Positions 1 through 11,350 of a stretch of 64,000 nucleotides of DNA are shown here, in pieces. Every line of letters begins with the position of its first letter. Positions within the stretch are counted from its first letter, which is position 1. The position numbers were made by a program, and so were the translations under genes. This stretch comes from Octopus bimaculoides (Eukaryota), in contig NC_068993.1 in NCBI RefSeq assembly GCF_001194135.2, positions 4,953,930-5,017,929 on the forward strand, read 5' to 3'. Under the pieces are notes generated by a model. It was given only the letters and a program-made list of their open reading frames with translations, was not told the origin of the DNA and made no database searches.

Positions 1-688
1 AATTTTGGCAGTCTTTCATTGTGTGTGTATTCATGTATATGCGTGTATTTTCAATGTATGTGCGTGAGACGTAGTCTTTTAATATACGGAGTTCAGTAAG
101 TCTCAGAACAGTCTACTTGAGTATCAATAATTTTTCCGGGATTGACAAGTAGCATGATAAAGTACCTGACTTGTCTTCGAGAGCGTAACTATCTAAAACC
201 ATGGCCATATAATGTAACTAAATGTGTTCTCTTTATTAAATCAATTCAAATTGATTCAGCTGAACCAATAGGTATAGGGGCTAATGCAGAATTGCACCCC
301 TTCGAAAAGCGAAATTTTGTGAAAATTTTTTTCAAATTCCTACCTTTAACAGAGATTCCGAATATGCAAAAATATTAACAGAATCCAATTTCATCTTTAT
401 TCCATTTCACTTATGATTTTTAGACTTTTTTAAGGGAGAGTGAGGATGGGAAAGTACTGACGTTTCGAAGAGAGAGAAAAATACAAACAATACACTTATG
501 TCAGGCTCATCTCTAGAGAGCCATTTTTTATTGCATATTCAGAATCTCCCATATGTAAATCGTAGGAATACGAAAATTCTTTTACTGAAAAATTGCCAGT
601 GGGGCGGGGGAGGAAGAGAAATTCATTGCATGCCCAACCCCGGAAGTCACCGCACGCCACTGATACATATATATATAGGTTTATATGG

Positions 689-738
<50 letters not shown>

Positions 739-1109
739 TATGTTGAAGGCAATGAGTGCTGCTAAAAACACAAAAAGTCAGGCAGAAGTGAAGCTGACTG
801 CTTAGTTTGTCTGTCTCTCTAATGTCAGTTTAGGTGTTCCTGCAAAATGTCAGCCTGATAAACTCCCAAGTCAATAACGATTATATCTGAAACTCACGTT
901 TAAAGTTGGTCAGTGCAAAATGGTGACAGAGTTCAGTGGAAAATTTAACATTTTCTACAAATTTCTGTGGGATTTATATTTTGGTTTGAGAAGATTTGGG
1001 AACAATCACACAAACTTCCTATAAATTTGAAGCCCATTAAATAAGGAATAAATAAGGAAAAAACTGACACTGGTCTAATGAATTAAATATTAATAATAAA
1101 AAAAATAAT

Positions 1110-1287
1110 AATCTTTTCTACTAAAGGTACAAGACCTAAAATTTTTGGGGAGGGGACCAGTTGATTATATCGACCCCAGTGTGTAACTGGTACTTATTTG
1201 ATCGACCCTAAAAGGATGAAAGGCAAAGTCGACCTCGGCGGAATTTGAACTCAGAACGTAAAGACAGGCGAAATACCGCTAAGCATA
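1110..1287 (-). mobile_element. SINE family S3, 5'-truncated
   Basis: Reverse complement of ...GAGTTCAAATTCCGCCGAGGTCGACTTTGCCTTTCATCCTTTTAGGGTCGATCAAATAAGTACCAGTT...CCTTTAGTAGAAAAGAT. Matches more than 10 other copies in the window. Confidence 0.85.
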
Positions 1288-1447
1288 AGGTAATTGAGAC
1301 ACTTGAGCTGGACGACTTGAGTCCCTGTGACAAGGCTAAAACTCTGACTCATTCTAAATGCGATGAGCACCTCTTTCTTTCATTTCTCTGCTCACTCAAA
1401 TTTGTGTGTCTGTGTGTGTGTTTGTATATGAGGATGTGTGTGTACAA

Positions 1448-1478
<31 letters not shown>

Positions 1479-3097
1479 NNNNNNNNNNNNNNNNNNNNNN
1501 NNNNNNNNNNNNNNNNNNNNNNNNNNNNNNNNNNNNNNNNNNNNNNNNNNNNNNNNNNNNNNNNNNNNNNNNNNNNNNNNNNNNNNNNNNNNNNNNNNNN
1601 NNNNNNNNNNNNNNNNNNNNNNNNNNNNNNNNNNNNNNNNNNNNNNNNNNNNNNNNNNNNNNNNNNNNNNNNNNNNNNNNNNNNNNNNNNNNNNNNNNNN
1701 NNNNNNNNNNNNNNNNNNNNNNNNNNNNNNNNNNNNNNNNNNNNNNNNNNNNNNNNNNNNNNNNNNNNNNNNNNNNNNNNNNNNNNNNNNNNNNNNNNNN
1801 NNNNNNNNNNNNNNNNNNNNNNNNNNNNNNNNNNNNNNNNNNNNNNNNNNNNNNNNNNNNNNNNNNNNNNNNNNNNNNNNNNNNNNNNNNNNNNNNNNNN
1901 NNNNNNNNNNNNNNNNNNNNNNNNNNNNNNNNNNNNNNNNNNNNNNNNNNNNNNNNNNNNNNNNNNNNNNNNNNNNNNNNNNNNNNNNNNNNNNNNNNNN
2001 NNNNNNNNNNNNNNNNNNNNNNNNNNNNNNNNNNNNNNNNNNNNNNNNNNNNNNNNNNNNNNNNNNNNNNNNNNNNNNNNNNNNNNNNNNNNNNNNNNNN
2101 NNNNNNNNNNNNNNNNNNNNNNNNNNNNNNNNNNNNNNNNNNNNNNNNNNNNNNNNNNNNNNNNNNNNNNNNNNNNNNNNNNNNNNNNNNNNNNNNNNNN
2201 NNNNNNNNNNNNNNNNNNNNNNNNNNNNNNNNNNNNNNNNNNNNNNNNNNNNNNNNNNNNNNNNNNNNNNNNNNNNNNNNNNNNNNNNNNNNNNNNNNNN
2301 NNNNNNNNNNNNNNNNNNNNNNNNNNNNNNNNNNNNNNNNNNNNNNNNNNNNNNNNNNNNNNNNNNNNNNNNNNNNNNNNNNNNNNNNNNNNNNNNNNNN
2401 NNNNNNNATATATATATATATATATATATATATAATTGCATGCATGCACACACACCCATATATAATTTATTCGCATGCACATGTGTATTTGTATGTACTT
2501 AATTACGCACACAATGAATTTACTTAGTCATAGAAGCATCCATATGTGTATGTGTGTGTGTGTGTATTTACACCCACATATGTATGAGAATTCACACACA
2601 CACACACACACATATACATTCATATACATTCATATACACATATATATATATACATATATATACATATATATATTCATATATGTACATAGATATACATATA
2701 TGCATTATATTTACGTATATATATGTATAAATATGTGAGGGTGTGTCTATATATACACACACACATACACATGCATATACATACTTACACACTCCCACAT
2801 ATGTACATACATGTCCATGCTCACACACACACACACACAACACAGAAGCCTGCTTGCAACAAACTTGTCTAGCTATAAAAATATTCACTTTAATTAGTGG
2901 AACACATCAATTCTTATTGATGTTTCTCCTCCCCTCCTCTCTTAATTTATCCAATTTCATATCTCACAGATTATATCTATCAATCATTACTAATTAGTGA
3001 AACAAAGAATAATGCATAAATTAATAATAACTTACCATGTTTTTTTTTGGCTTATTTGTTTTTCAGTGGGGGAAGATAATTAGAATTAATGACCAAG

Positions 3098-3262
3098 GCA
3101 AAGACATGGCATCGTGAACAAGATGCATGCTTCCCAACCATATGGTTCTGGGTTCAGTCGCACCGCATAATGCCTTGAGCAAGTGTCTCCATCTATAGCT
3201 TTGAGCCAACCAAAGTACTGTGAATGGATTTGGTAGACAGAAACTGAAAGAAGCAGACCGTA
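3098..3262 (+). mobile_element. SINE family S1, 5' half (tRNA-like head and CORE-like segment)
   Basis: GGGTTCAGTC B-box-like motif, CCTTGAGCAAGTGTCT, GGATTTGGTAGACAGAAACTGAAAGAAGC, all shared with other S1 copies. Confidence 0.8.
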
Positions 3263-3267
3263 TCATC

Positions 3268-3420
3268 ATCATCATCATCATCCAGTGTTTTAAATCTGAG
3301 TTTTGTCCCTGTTAATGGGGTTGGTCAGATCTACCTTAATGCCATAGCAACTGAGGCAAGCAGGTGCAGCCCACACCAAACTTTGGGCTGGCAGGTGCCC
3401 ATTCTCCTTTGCTATCATGA
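3268..3420 (-). mobile_element. Retroelement 3' end, family R3, with (ATG)n tail
   Basis: Reverse complement aligns to 63812-63968 (GGCACC.GCCAGCCCAAAG...GTTGCTATGG.ATT.AGGTAGATCTG...GGGACAAAA...GATTTAAAACACTGGAT.ATGATG). Confidence 0.65.
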
Positions 3421-3613
3421 AGCCTTTTTGGAGATGGATCTTCTGCAGGGCGCATGCCCTTGCTTACCCCCAACATCAGTTTCTAGATGTGAGTGGTCCC
3501 GACACCAAGGCCTCTATTACAATTTTTTAAGACATGTGATGGAAAACTAGCTCAGGAAGACAGGGACGCTACTCTCTGAGATCCCTTTCAGAGCTCCCTT
3601 ACCTCATATACAT

Positions 3614-3646
<33 letters not shown>

Positions 3647-4245
3647 TTAATGATTGATAGGGAAGACAGATACCTATATGTATATATATATGTACTTATA
3701 CACACGACATATATATAATTTTCCCCCTCCTACTCCTACTTCCTTGTCCTCCTCTACCAATGAAACTTATCTGTCTCCACACTCCCACACACCCACATGA
3801 AATAAAGAAAAACTTTTTACAATTTTATAAGATATTCATAAAATTATTTTCTTTATTTTTGTCTATTTTTTCAAAACCAATTTACCTTTATTTTTCTTTT
3901 TTTCTTTTTTATCTTTTCTCATGATCTCCAAGACAGAACCTGTTGAAAATACAAAGCAAAATGGAATTGGTATATAACCAAAAATAGTCTTCTAAAACAC
4001 TTAGAACACAGTTAAACTTGGAAAACTTAATTCTTCAATAATTTGTGATGCAAGGAACAAATATATATTTAAAAATAGAATATATTCTATGAATTTAATC
4101 ATAGAATGTTGAAATATTGGCAAGAATGTTACAGATAATTTTGTTTTGATTAGATTTTTAATTAAGATAAAAAAAAAACCTAAGTTTTATCCTTCTTTTT
4201 TTTTAATTCCTTGTTCCGCGTTATCATTGACATATATTAAATGAG

Positions 4246-4400
4246 GTGAAGGTGCATAGCCCAGTGGTTAGAGGTGTTGCATTCATGATAGTGGGATCAT
4301 GGTTTTGATTCTCAAAGCAGTTGCATGTTGTGTAAACAAAACAATTTCTTGTGCTCCAGCATGGCTGCAGCCAAATGACTGAAACAAGTAAAAGAAGGAA
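4246..4400 (+). mobile_element. Chimeric SINE: S2 head joined to S1 tail
   Basis: GTGAAGGTGCATAGCCCAGTGGTTAGAG (S2 A-box head), then GTGCTCCAGCATGGCTGCAGCCAAATGACTGAAACAAGTAAAAGA (S1 3' end). Confidence 0.65.
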
Positions 4401-4436
4401 GTACAGTTGTATCAAAATATAAATACAGTAATAATA

Positions 4437-4573
4437 GTCCAGCTGTAGAAACCTGGCCAAATCAGATTGGAGCCTGTTGCAGCCACCCACCCCAGCTTGC
4501 CAGTTTTCAATCAAACCATCCAACCCATGCCAGCATGGAAAGCAGGTGTAAAACAACAACAACGATGATGATG
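4437..4573 (+). mobile_element. RTE-type LINE 3' UTR end (family R1)
   Basis: CCAGCTGTAGAAAC...ATCAGATTGGAGCCTG...CCAACCCATGCCAGCATGGAAAGC...(GAT)n. Same sequence as 42305-42522. Confidence 0.75.
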
Positions 4574-5489
4574 GGGAGTAATATCTCACTTTACGAGGTA
4601 TGAGGGCCCGCTTTATGAGATCCTGGTTTTCCACCTTTTTATAAGTTTTATTTTCTGTTTATGAGTTTTCATTTTACGACCATTCTCCAGGAACAAATAA
4701 ATAAACTCCTGTATCGAGCCATCACTGTATTACATTGGACAGAATTATCTTAATGTTAAGGGGTCGAGGTATTCATTCACAGACAGAATTTTGCATTATT
4801 TAATATGATCGGAATTCATTATTGTTGTTATTCTCTCAGTGGAAAATTTGGTCGTATATTTTACTGTATATAAACGACTGTTTAGACCAAAAACAAAAAA
4901 TATTATTAAATTATGTATCTTTTTTCCTGAGTTACGAGCTCTACTTCTGATATCTAACTGGTACACCATATTCTGTATTCTAAAAGCCTTAGAAGTTTCA
5001 GGAATAATAAAATGGACTGTAAACCAGTAATCAAATGGTGATTCGTGAACTGTTTTGCAAAATAGGGCACAGAATTCTGAATGAGGGAAAATAAAAAGGT
5101 ATTAAGATATACTGAGAAATGACTAGCATTGATTATATTTAAATATATTCTAAAGCTCTCTGAGTTTCTGAAACGGTATCAGGTCATTCTATAAGGGGTT
5201 ATAACACTTTGCTAATACGGTGAAATAATACCTACATAACCTGATATATATGTGTACGTGAATATATCTATCTATATATCTATGTATACATATATATATG
5301 TGTGTCTGTGTGTGTTTTTATAAGTATGTTATGTGGTAAGGTTTCAACAAGTGGAACAGCATTCCATCAGCAGAGTAAAGATAATGTTAGAATAAAGACC
5401 ACTCACACACACACACATATAGAAGTATATATAAATATGTATATATATATGTAAATATATGTATGTATATATGTGTGTGTGAGTGTATG

Positions 5490-5522
<33 letters not shown>

Positions 5523-5625
5523 NNNNNNNNNNNNNNNNNNNNNNNNNNNNNNNNNNNNNNNNNNNNNNNNNNNNNNNNNNNNNNNNNNNNNNNNNNNNNN
5601 NNNNNNNNNNNNNNNNNNNNNNNNN

Positions 5626-5790
5626 CGGTACCATTTTCCTCTTTCTCCATTTTTCCATTCTCCAAACTTTCCATCTTTCCGATGAAGGGCTACGCCCGAA
5701 ACGTCATACACTCTCTCTTTCCTTTCCCGAGCGTCCAATAACACTATCCGTATCACGTCCTCACTTTGTTGTTTTTTTGTTATTGTTTTT
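5626..5790 (+). mobile_element. Short repeat with hammerhead-like motif (HH-B), ending in (TA)n
   Basis: CCGATGAA-GGGC-TAC-GCCC-GAAAC-GTC at 5679-5705, then TTCCCGAGCGTC...AAC(TA)n. Same layout as the 28.6 kb repeat. Confidence 0.55.
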
Positions 5791-5837
5791 TTTAACTATA
5801 TATATATATATATACATATATACATATATATACATAA

Positions 5838-5876
<39 letters not shown>

Positions 5877-6394
5877 GGTATGTATGTATATTTGTAGTAT
5901 TTTTGACTACTAAGTTTGTCCTCATAACACCAAAAAGCTTCACATTTCTGAAGCTTGAAAGCATTACCTTGCTCTTTCATTTGTTCCCGGTCACTATGAA
6001 TATAGTTTGCGGGTGATGGTCGCTAGATTAAAAAAATAAAAAAACTTTGATGTAAAACAACATCACGTCATTTGTGTGTGTATGTAGTTTCCATAGTGTG
6101 TGCAATGTTTGTTCAATGTGTGTGCAAAGGTATGCACATACTGGTCATACATGCATGTGAGTAACCTCCTGTAGATGTCCATGCATGTGACGATGTACAA
6201 GCTACCCTGAGTCATCAAAAATCTATGGTACCTTAAAAAAATGGAAGCACTCAGCTGCAAAGATGTAACTGCTATCTAACAGAGTAGCCCTCTCTCTCTC
6301 TTTCTCTTTCTCTGTCTTTCTCCCTTCATATCCTGGGTGTTCCACTGGGTCAAGCTGTTGGGGTTATAGTGAGAGGCCATGCAAGTCTACTAAT

Positions 6395-6555
6395 GAGAAT
6401 TTACAAAAACACAAAAGACGAAGACAGGTATGCAAGCAACAAACAGATCTATTAGTTTAACGTTCAGAAAGTGAGAAAGTCTTTTACATTTCGAGCCTAT
6501 GCTCCTCGACAGAAAGGAACACAGAAATAAGCAAGGAGAGAAAATAAAAAAAGGT
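6395..6555 (-). mobile_element. Short repeat with hammerhead-like motif (HH-A), copy 1
   Basis: Reverse complement aligns over about 150 bp to 28600-28760. Contains CTTT-CTGTCGA-G-GAGC-ATAG-GCTC-GAAAT-GTA-AAAG (6516-6481). Confidence 0.65.
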
Positions 6556-6837
6556 TTAGTGGCTAGCGATCTACTAATAGCTGTACAGGCTCCTAAAACT
6601 CTACCAAGATTATGGTATGCCATAATCTCTCACAAGTGATGGATGCCTGTAAATTAAATAAGTGCTTTCATGGATCATTACTAATTTCTTACTAATTACT
6701 AATTACCAAGATGAACATGACTTCATTTTACTGCCATATTATCCGAATTCCAAATTAATCACACACTAATTTAATACTTGCCATGCTGTGCATACATCAG
6801 GAAATTTACCATTTACCATTCTTATGTCATAATCTTT

Positions 6838-7031
6838 TATCTTTTATTTATGACTTGTTTTAGTCACTGGACTGCGGCCATGCTGGGGTACCGCCTTGGA
6901 GAATTTTGCGTTGTGTTTGTTTAAGCCTGATAATTATTCTATTGGTGTCTTTGCCTAACTGCTAAGTTGTGGGGATGTAAACAAAGTAACACTGGTTGTC
7001 AAGCGGTGGTAGGATACAAACACAGACACAA

Positions 7032-7081
<50 letters not shown>

Positions 7082-7247
7082 CACAATGGGCTTCTTTCAC
7101 TTTCCATTTACCAAATCTACTTACAAGACTTTGGTCAACCCAAGGCTATAGTAGAAAACTCTTACTAAAGGTGCCACAGAGTGGGACTGAACCTAGAACC
7201 ATGTGTTTGGGAAGCAAATTTCTCTTCCCACAACCCCTCCTACACCT
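6838..7247 (-). mobile_element. SINE S1, full length, with internal (CA)n(TA)n
   Basis: Tail (TTGTTTTAGTCACTGGACTGCGGCCATGCTGG), central microsatellite, and head (CTTCTTTCACTTTCC...GGGACTGAACC). Confidence 0.85.
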
Positions 7248-7380
7248 ATGAGCTGTTGTTTTTAAAGGGCTGCAGAAAATGAATCCAGTCTTTGTAGCTA
7301 ACAACACAAAATAACACAGAACCATGTTTTCTATGATCTTAGATCATTTTCTGGTCTTCACATTCATACATACATATACA

Positions 7381-7778
7381 GGTGCAGGCGTGGCTGTAGG
7401 ATAAGAAGCTTGCTGCCCAGTCACATGGCTCTGAGTTCAATCCTACTGCATGGCATTGGGCAAGTGTCTTCTACTAAAGCCAATGGCCAATCAAAGCCAT
7501 GTGAATGGATTTGGTGGAAAGAAACTGAAAGAAGCTTGTCACATGTGTGCGTGTGTGAGTGTGCATGTGTGTGTCCTCCACCACCAGCTGACAACCGGTG
7601 TTGGTTTGTTTGTGTCCCTGTAACTTAGCTGTTTGACAAAAGATAGAATAAGACTCAGACTTTAAAAATAAAAACAAAAGTGGTGGGATCTATTCATGCG
7701 ACTAAAATTTCTTCAAGGCAGTGCCCCAGCATGGCCATAGTATAATGACTGAAGCAAACAAAAGATAAATGATAAAAG
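7381..7778 (+). mobile_element. SINE S1, full length
   Basis: GGCGTGGCTGTAGGATAAG A-box-like, GAGTTCAATCC B-box-like, internal (TG)n, tail CCCAGCATGGCCATAGTATAATGACTGAAGCAAACAAAAGA. Confidence 0.85.
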
Positions 7779-7874
7779 ATTATTCTGGATTGTCAATCTT
7801 TGATGAGGGCATATTTCCTTGAAATCATTTAATTTTGACAGTAACTTCTAATCCAATCTCCCATTGTCTATATT

Positions 7875-8090
7875 ATTTTCTACTCCAGGCACAAGGCCCG
7901 AAATTTTGGGGGAGAGGAGCCAGTCGATTAGATCGACCCCAGTATGCAACTGGTACTTCATTTCTCAACCCTGAAAGGATGAAAGGCAAAGTCGACCTCA
8001 GCATAATTTGAACTCAGAACGTAAAGGCAGACGAAATAATGCTAAGCATTACGCCCGGCATGCTAACGTTTCTGTCAGCTCCTTCAGCCT
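7875..8090 (-). mobile_element. SINE S3, full length (216 bp), with 18-bp TSD
   Basis: Perfect direct repeat TCTCCCATTGTCTATATT at 7857-7874 and 8091-8108 brackets an S3 body. Confidence 0.92.
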
Positions 8091-8682
8091 TCTCCCATTG
8101 TCTATATTGCACTAAAAGAATGATGTTCCTTTACCTGTTCTCATAACTTTGATGAATACTAATAAAAGAATAATTTAACGAAATATGATTTTGAAACCAT
8201 GACCCAGGAATCGTAACAACCACACCTGTATAGTATTAAATATTTAGCTTAAATAAAAGTCTTATTATGTTCTCTCTTTGATCTCAGAAATAAGCAAATC
8301 TTATTCTCTGAGCAACAGGTGTATGTGTATTATGCATTTATCCTTTACTATTTTGGGTTGCTTTTTTTTTTTTCTTCCCTTCTTTCCTAATTAATCATTA
8401 TTTCAGCATTTTCCTATTCTATAATTAATATTAATGAAGCAAGTAGAAATTATGTGTTTCTCTATTACTTGCCAGGATGTAGAAATTAGTTATTATTTAT
8501 ATGTGAAACAGACATAAATGATTTTTGCTCGTTCATTAATAGATTTTTGATGATTACGGCTTTCCTGTCTGAAACAAAAAGCAAAAAAGAAAGAAAAAGA
8601 AAAGAAACAAGTTTAACTCTTATTATTCTCCCTTCATCTCCCTCTCTCTCACTCTCTCATACAAACACACTCATATATATAC

Positions 8683-8723
<41 letters not shown>

Positions 8724-8727
<4 letters not shown>

Positions 8728-9064
8728 GAGGAGACCCCCTTCGGTCAAGAATGACCATGGGATTGCACCTAGAAAGTTCCCCCTCCAAGGCACAATTCCA
8801 GGCAAACTTGTTTACGGAAGACCAGCAGTTACCCATGTATACCAGCCTCCCCTCTCCACACCACTGATGTTATCCAAAGGAAAAGCAAAGGGGCTGATAC
8901 AGCTTGGTACCTGTGATGTCGCAACTCATTTCTACATCTGACTTAACTGCAGCAACGTGAAATAAAGTGTCTTGCTCAAGAACACAACATGCAGCATGAT
9001 CCTGGAATCGAACTCACAACCTCACAATTGTAAGTTCGACGCTCTAACCACTGAGCCATGTGCA
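8724..9064 (-). mobile_element. SINE family S2, near full length, lying between (TA)n tracts
   Basis: Reverse complement reads CATGGCTCAGTGGTTAGAGCG (A box), GAGTTCGATTCC (B box), GTGTTCTTGAGCAAGACACTTTATTTCACGTTGC, and tail ...CCGAAGGGGGTCTC. Confidence 0.88.
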
Positions 9065-9374
9065 CATATATATGTATACACACACACACACACACACACA
9101 TATACACTCACACATACACACATATGCACACTAACACATACACACACTCATACACACACATACACACACACTCACACACACATACACACACACATACACA
9201 CTCACTCACACACACATCACACACATATACAGTACACATATATGCATATTTATTAATAGCACATACATTTATTTGTATATACTTATATATTTATACACAC
9301 ACACACACACACACATGTCTATCTGTCCCACCCATGCTAGCATAGAAAGTGGACGTTAAGCAATGATGATAATG

Positions 9375-9413
<39 letters not shown>

Positions 9414-9624
9414 NNNNNNNNNNNNNNNNNNNNNNNNNNNNNNNNNNNNNNNNNNNNNNNNNNNNNNNNNNNNNNNNNNNNNNNNNNNNNNNNNNNNNNN
9501 NNNNNNNNNNNNNNNNNNNNNNNNNNNNNNNNNNNNNNNNNNNNNNNNNNNNNNNNNNNNNNNNNNNNNNNNNNNNNNNNNNNNNNNNNNNNNNNNNNNN
9601 NNNNNNNNNNNNNNNNNNNNNNNN

Positions 9625-9665
<41 letters not shown>
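9065..9665. repeat. (CA)n/(TA)n microsatellite mosaic with gap
   Basis: Directly visible dinucleotide repeats; N-gap at 9414-9624. Confidence 0.95.
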
Positions 9666-9673
<8 letters not shown>

Positions 9674-10267
9674 TTTTGCTTCTAATATCTTTCGTAAAAT
9701 GTACTTTTGTACGGAGTATTTGTTGTATTTCTTTAACATTTGATTTATTCAATCTAAATACGAAAGTAACAACCCCAAAATGGCCAGCGTATTTGATCGC
9801 CTCTCCTTTCTTTTCATCACTCTCATTTCTTTTCCCTTTTCTTCTCTCCAAACCACCCACCCATCCCTCTCCACCGCAACCCTCACCAATCTTTAATTTA
9901 TTATTTATTGCTTGCGAGAGAAACAATTGATTGTGCCAAATTGAATAACTGATTGAATAGTCCAGTTGTAATTTCCTCTTCGAACCAGGCTCGTAGCTCA
10001 CTTACTTAAATAAATCTTTAAATGATTGATAATCACACAACAGCGAATGTGACCTATAAGTTTACAAACAAGTCAAACGCAACCTTTAGGTTAAATAGTG
10101 AACAGGCAGGCAAAGAGAGGATTTATTTCTGCCTCTTAATCTTTTCAATGACCTTAATCCTTTCTCCCTTCAATACCATTGCTTTTGTTTCAAGTCAAGT
10201 GCGAAGCTATTTGTTTTTCTTTTGTATTGTTTGTTTGGTATTTGCCTTTACATCAAGATTTGTATTA

Positions 10268-10277
10268 TTGGTTGTTG

Positions 10278-10311
<34 letters not shown>

Positions 10312-10376
10312 CATTATATTCACCATCATCATTATTATTATTATCATCATCATCATCATCATCATTAAAAACAACA

Positions 10377-10410
<34 letters not shown>
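10268..10410. repeat. Compound trinucleotide repeat (TTG/TTA/TCA/AAT)
   Basis: Directly visible. Confidence 0.95.
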
Positions 10411-10994
10411 AAGATCTGGAAATAGAGGTAACTTGAATGTGGAGACTAAAAACAGAAACAATTCCTGTCATAGTAGGTGCATTAGGTATGATAAAAAAAA
10501 AATATTCAGACAAATACATAACAAAATCACCAGGACTAAGAAGTGTATATAACATACAGAAAATAGTACTGCTAGGCACCGCACACATCCTATGCAAAAC
10601 ACCTTCAATACAATGAAAATAAGAGCACCACAACAGACCACAGTACATACCCAAGGCACACAGAGCTGCGTTCAGTAGTGCAGCGAAAGCACGTTATAAA
10701 AACAAGACTACTGAATGATGATGATGATGATGACGACAACAATTTAGCACATTTCATTGTACATGTATTGAAAGACATTTTCAAACAGCTTCAGAGTGGG
10801 AAAACGTATGATTCCATACAAGAAAATACAATGCTGTGACCATTTACTAGAATAAGGTATGAAACCATAAATTTATTATAAATAAATTACATTAAGGAAG
10901 TGCCATATTTCAGTTTTATCTTCTTTCAAATCAGTTGTGTAGTTGTTTGTTTTGGTCAAGAGAATTGTCATAAAGGAAAGAAAACTCATGATTT

Positions 10995-11350
10995 TGGCTG
11001 TGGTTAAGGCATTCAGCTCATCAGTTTCATACTCTGCAGCTCATTGAGTCCTTGAGCAAGACCCTTTGTCTCACATTGCTCCAGTCTACTCAACTGGCAA
11101 AAGCGAAAACTGAGTTGTCCTTGTATTTCAGAGGGCCAGCCTTGTCACATTCTATGTCAGGCTGAATCTCTCTGACAACTATGTTTGGGGTACTCTTCTG
11201 ACAAGTATGTTTGGGGTACTCTTCTGACAAGTATGTTTGGGGTACATGCGTCTCTGGAATGCTCAGCCACTTGCACTTTAATTTCATGAGCAAACTGTTC
11301 CATTGATCAGAATATCTGGAACTCTCATTGTTGTAACAGATGGAGTTCCA
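10995..11350 (+). mobile_element. SINE S2b (S2-like head and central domain, different tail)
   Basis: GTCCTTGAGCAAGACCC...CACATTGCTCCAGTCTACTCAACTGG, tail GCTCAGCCACTTGCACTTTAATTTCATGAGC. Second copy inverted at 48262-48580. Confidence 0.75.
11172..11245 (+). repeat. Tandem 26-bp repeat, about 2.85 copies, inside the S2b SINE
   Basis: CTGACAA(C/G)TATGTTTGGGGTACTCTT at 11172, 11198 and 11224. Confidence 0.95.

Noticed and set aside
1245-2527. Long ORFs spanning N-gaps (also 27148-27897, 29561-30625, 44576-45510, 47318-48318, 50817-51464, 58678-59291)
   Set aside because: They stay open only because N and (TA)n contain no stop codons; translations are poly-X/YI.
8990-9064. tRNA-like sequences with A and B boxes (SINE heads throughout)
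   Set aside because: They continue into SINE bodies and lack a complete cloverleaf or acceptor stem; not tRNA genes.
11172-11245. Short direct repeats superficially like a CRISPR array
   Set aside because: No spacers, eukaryotic context, embedded in a SINE.
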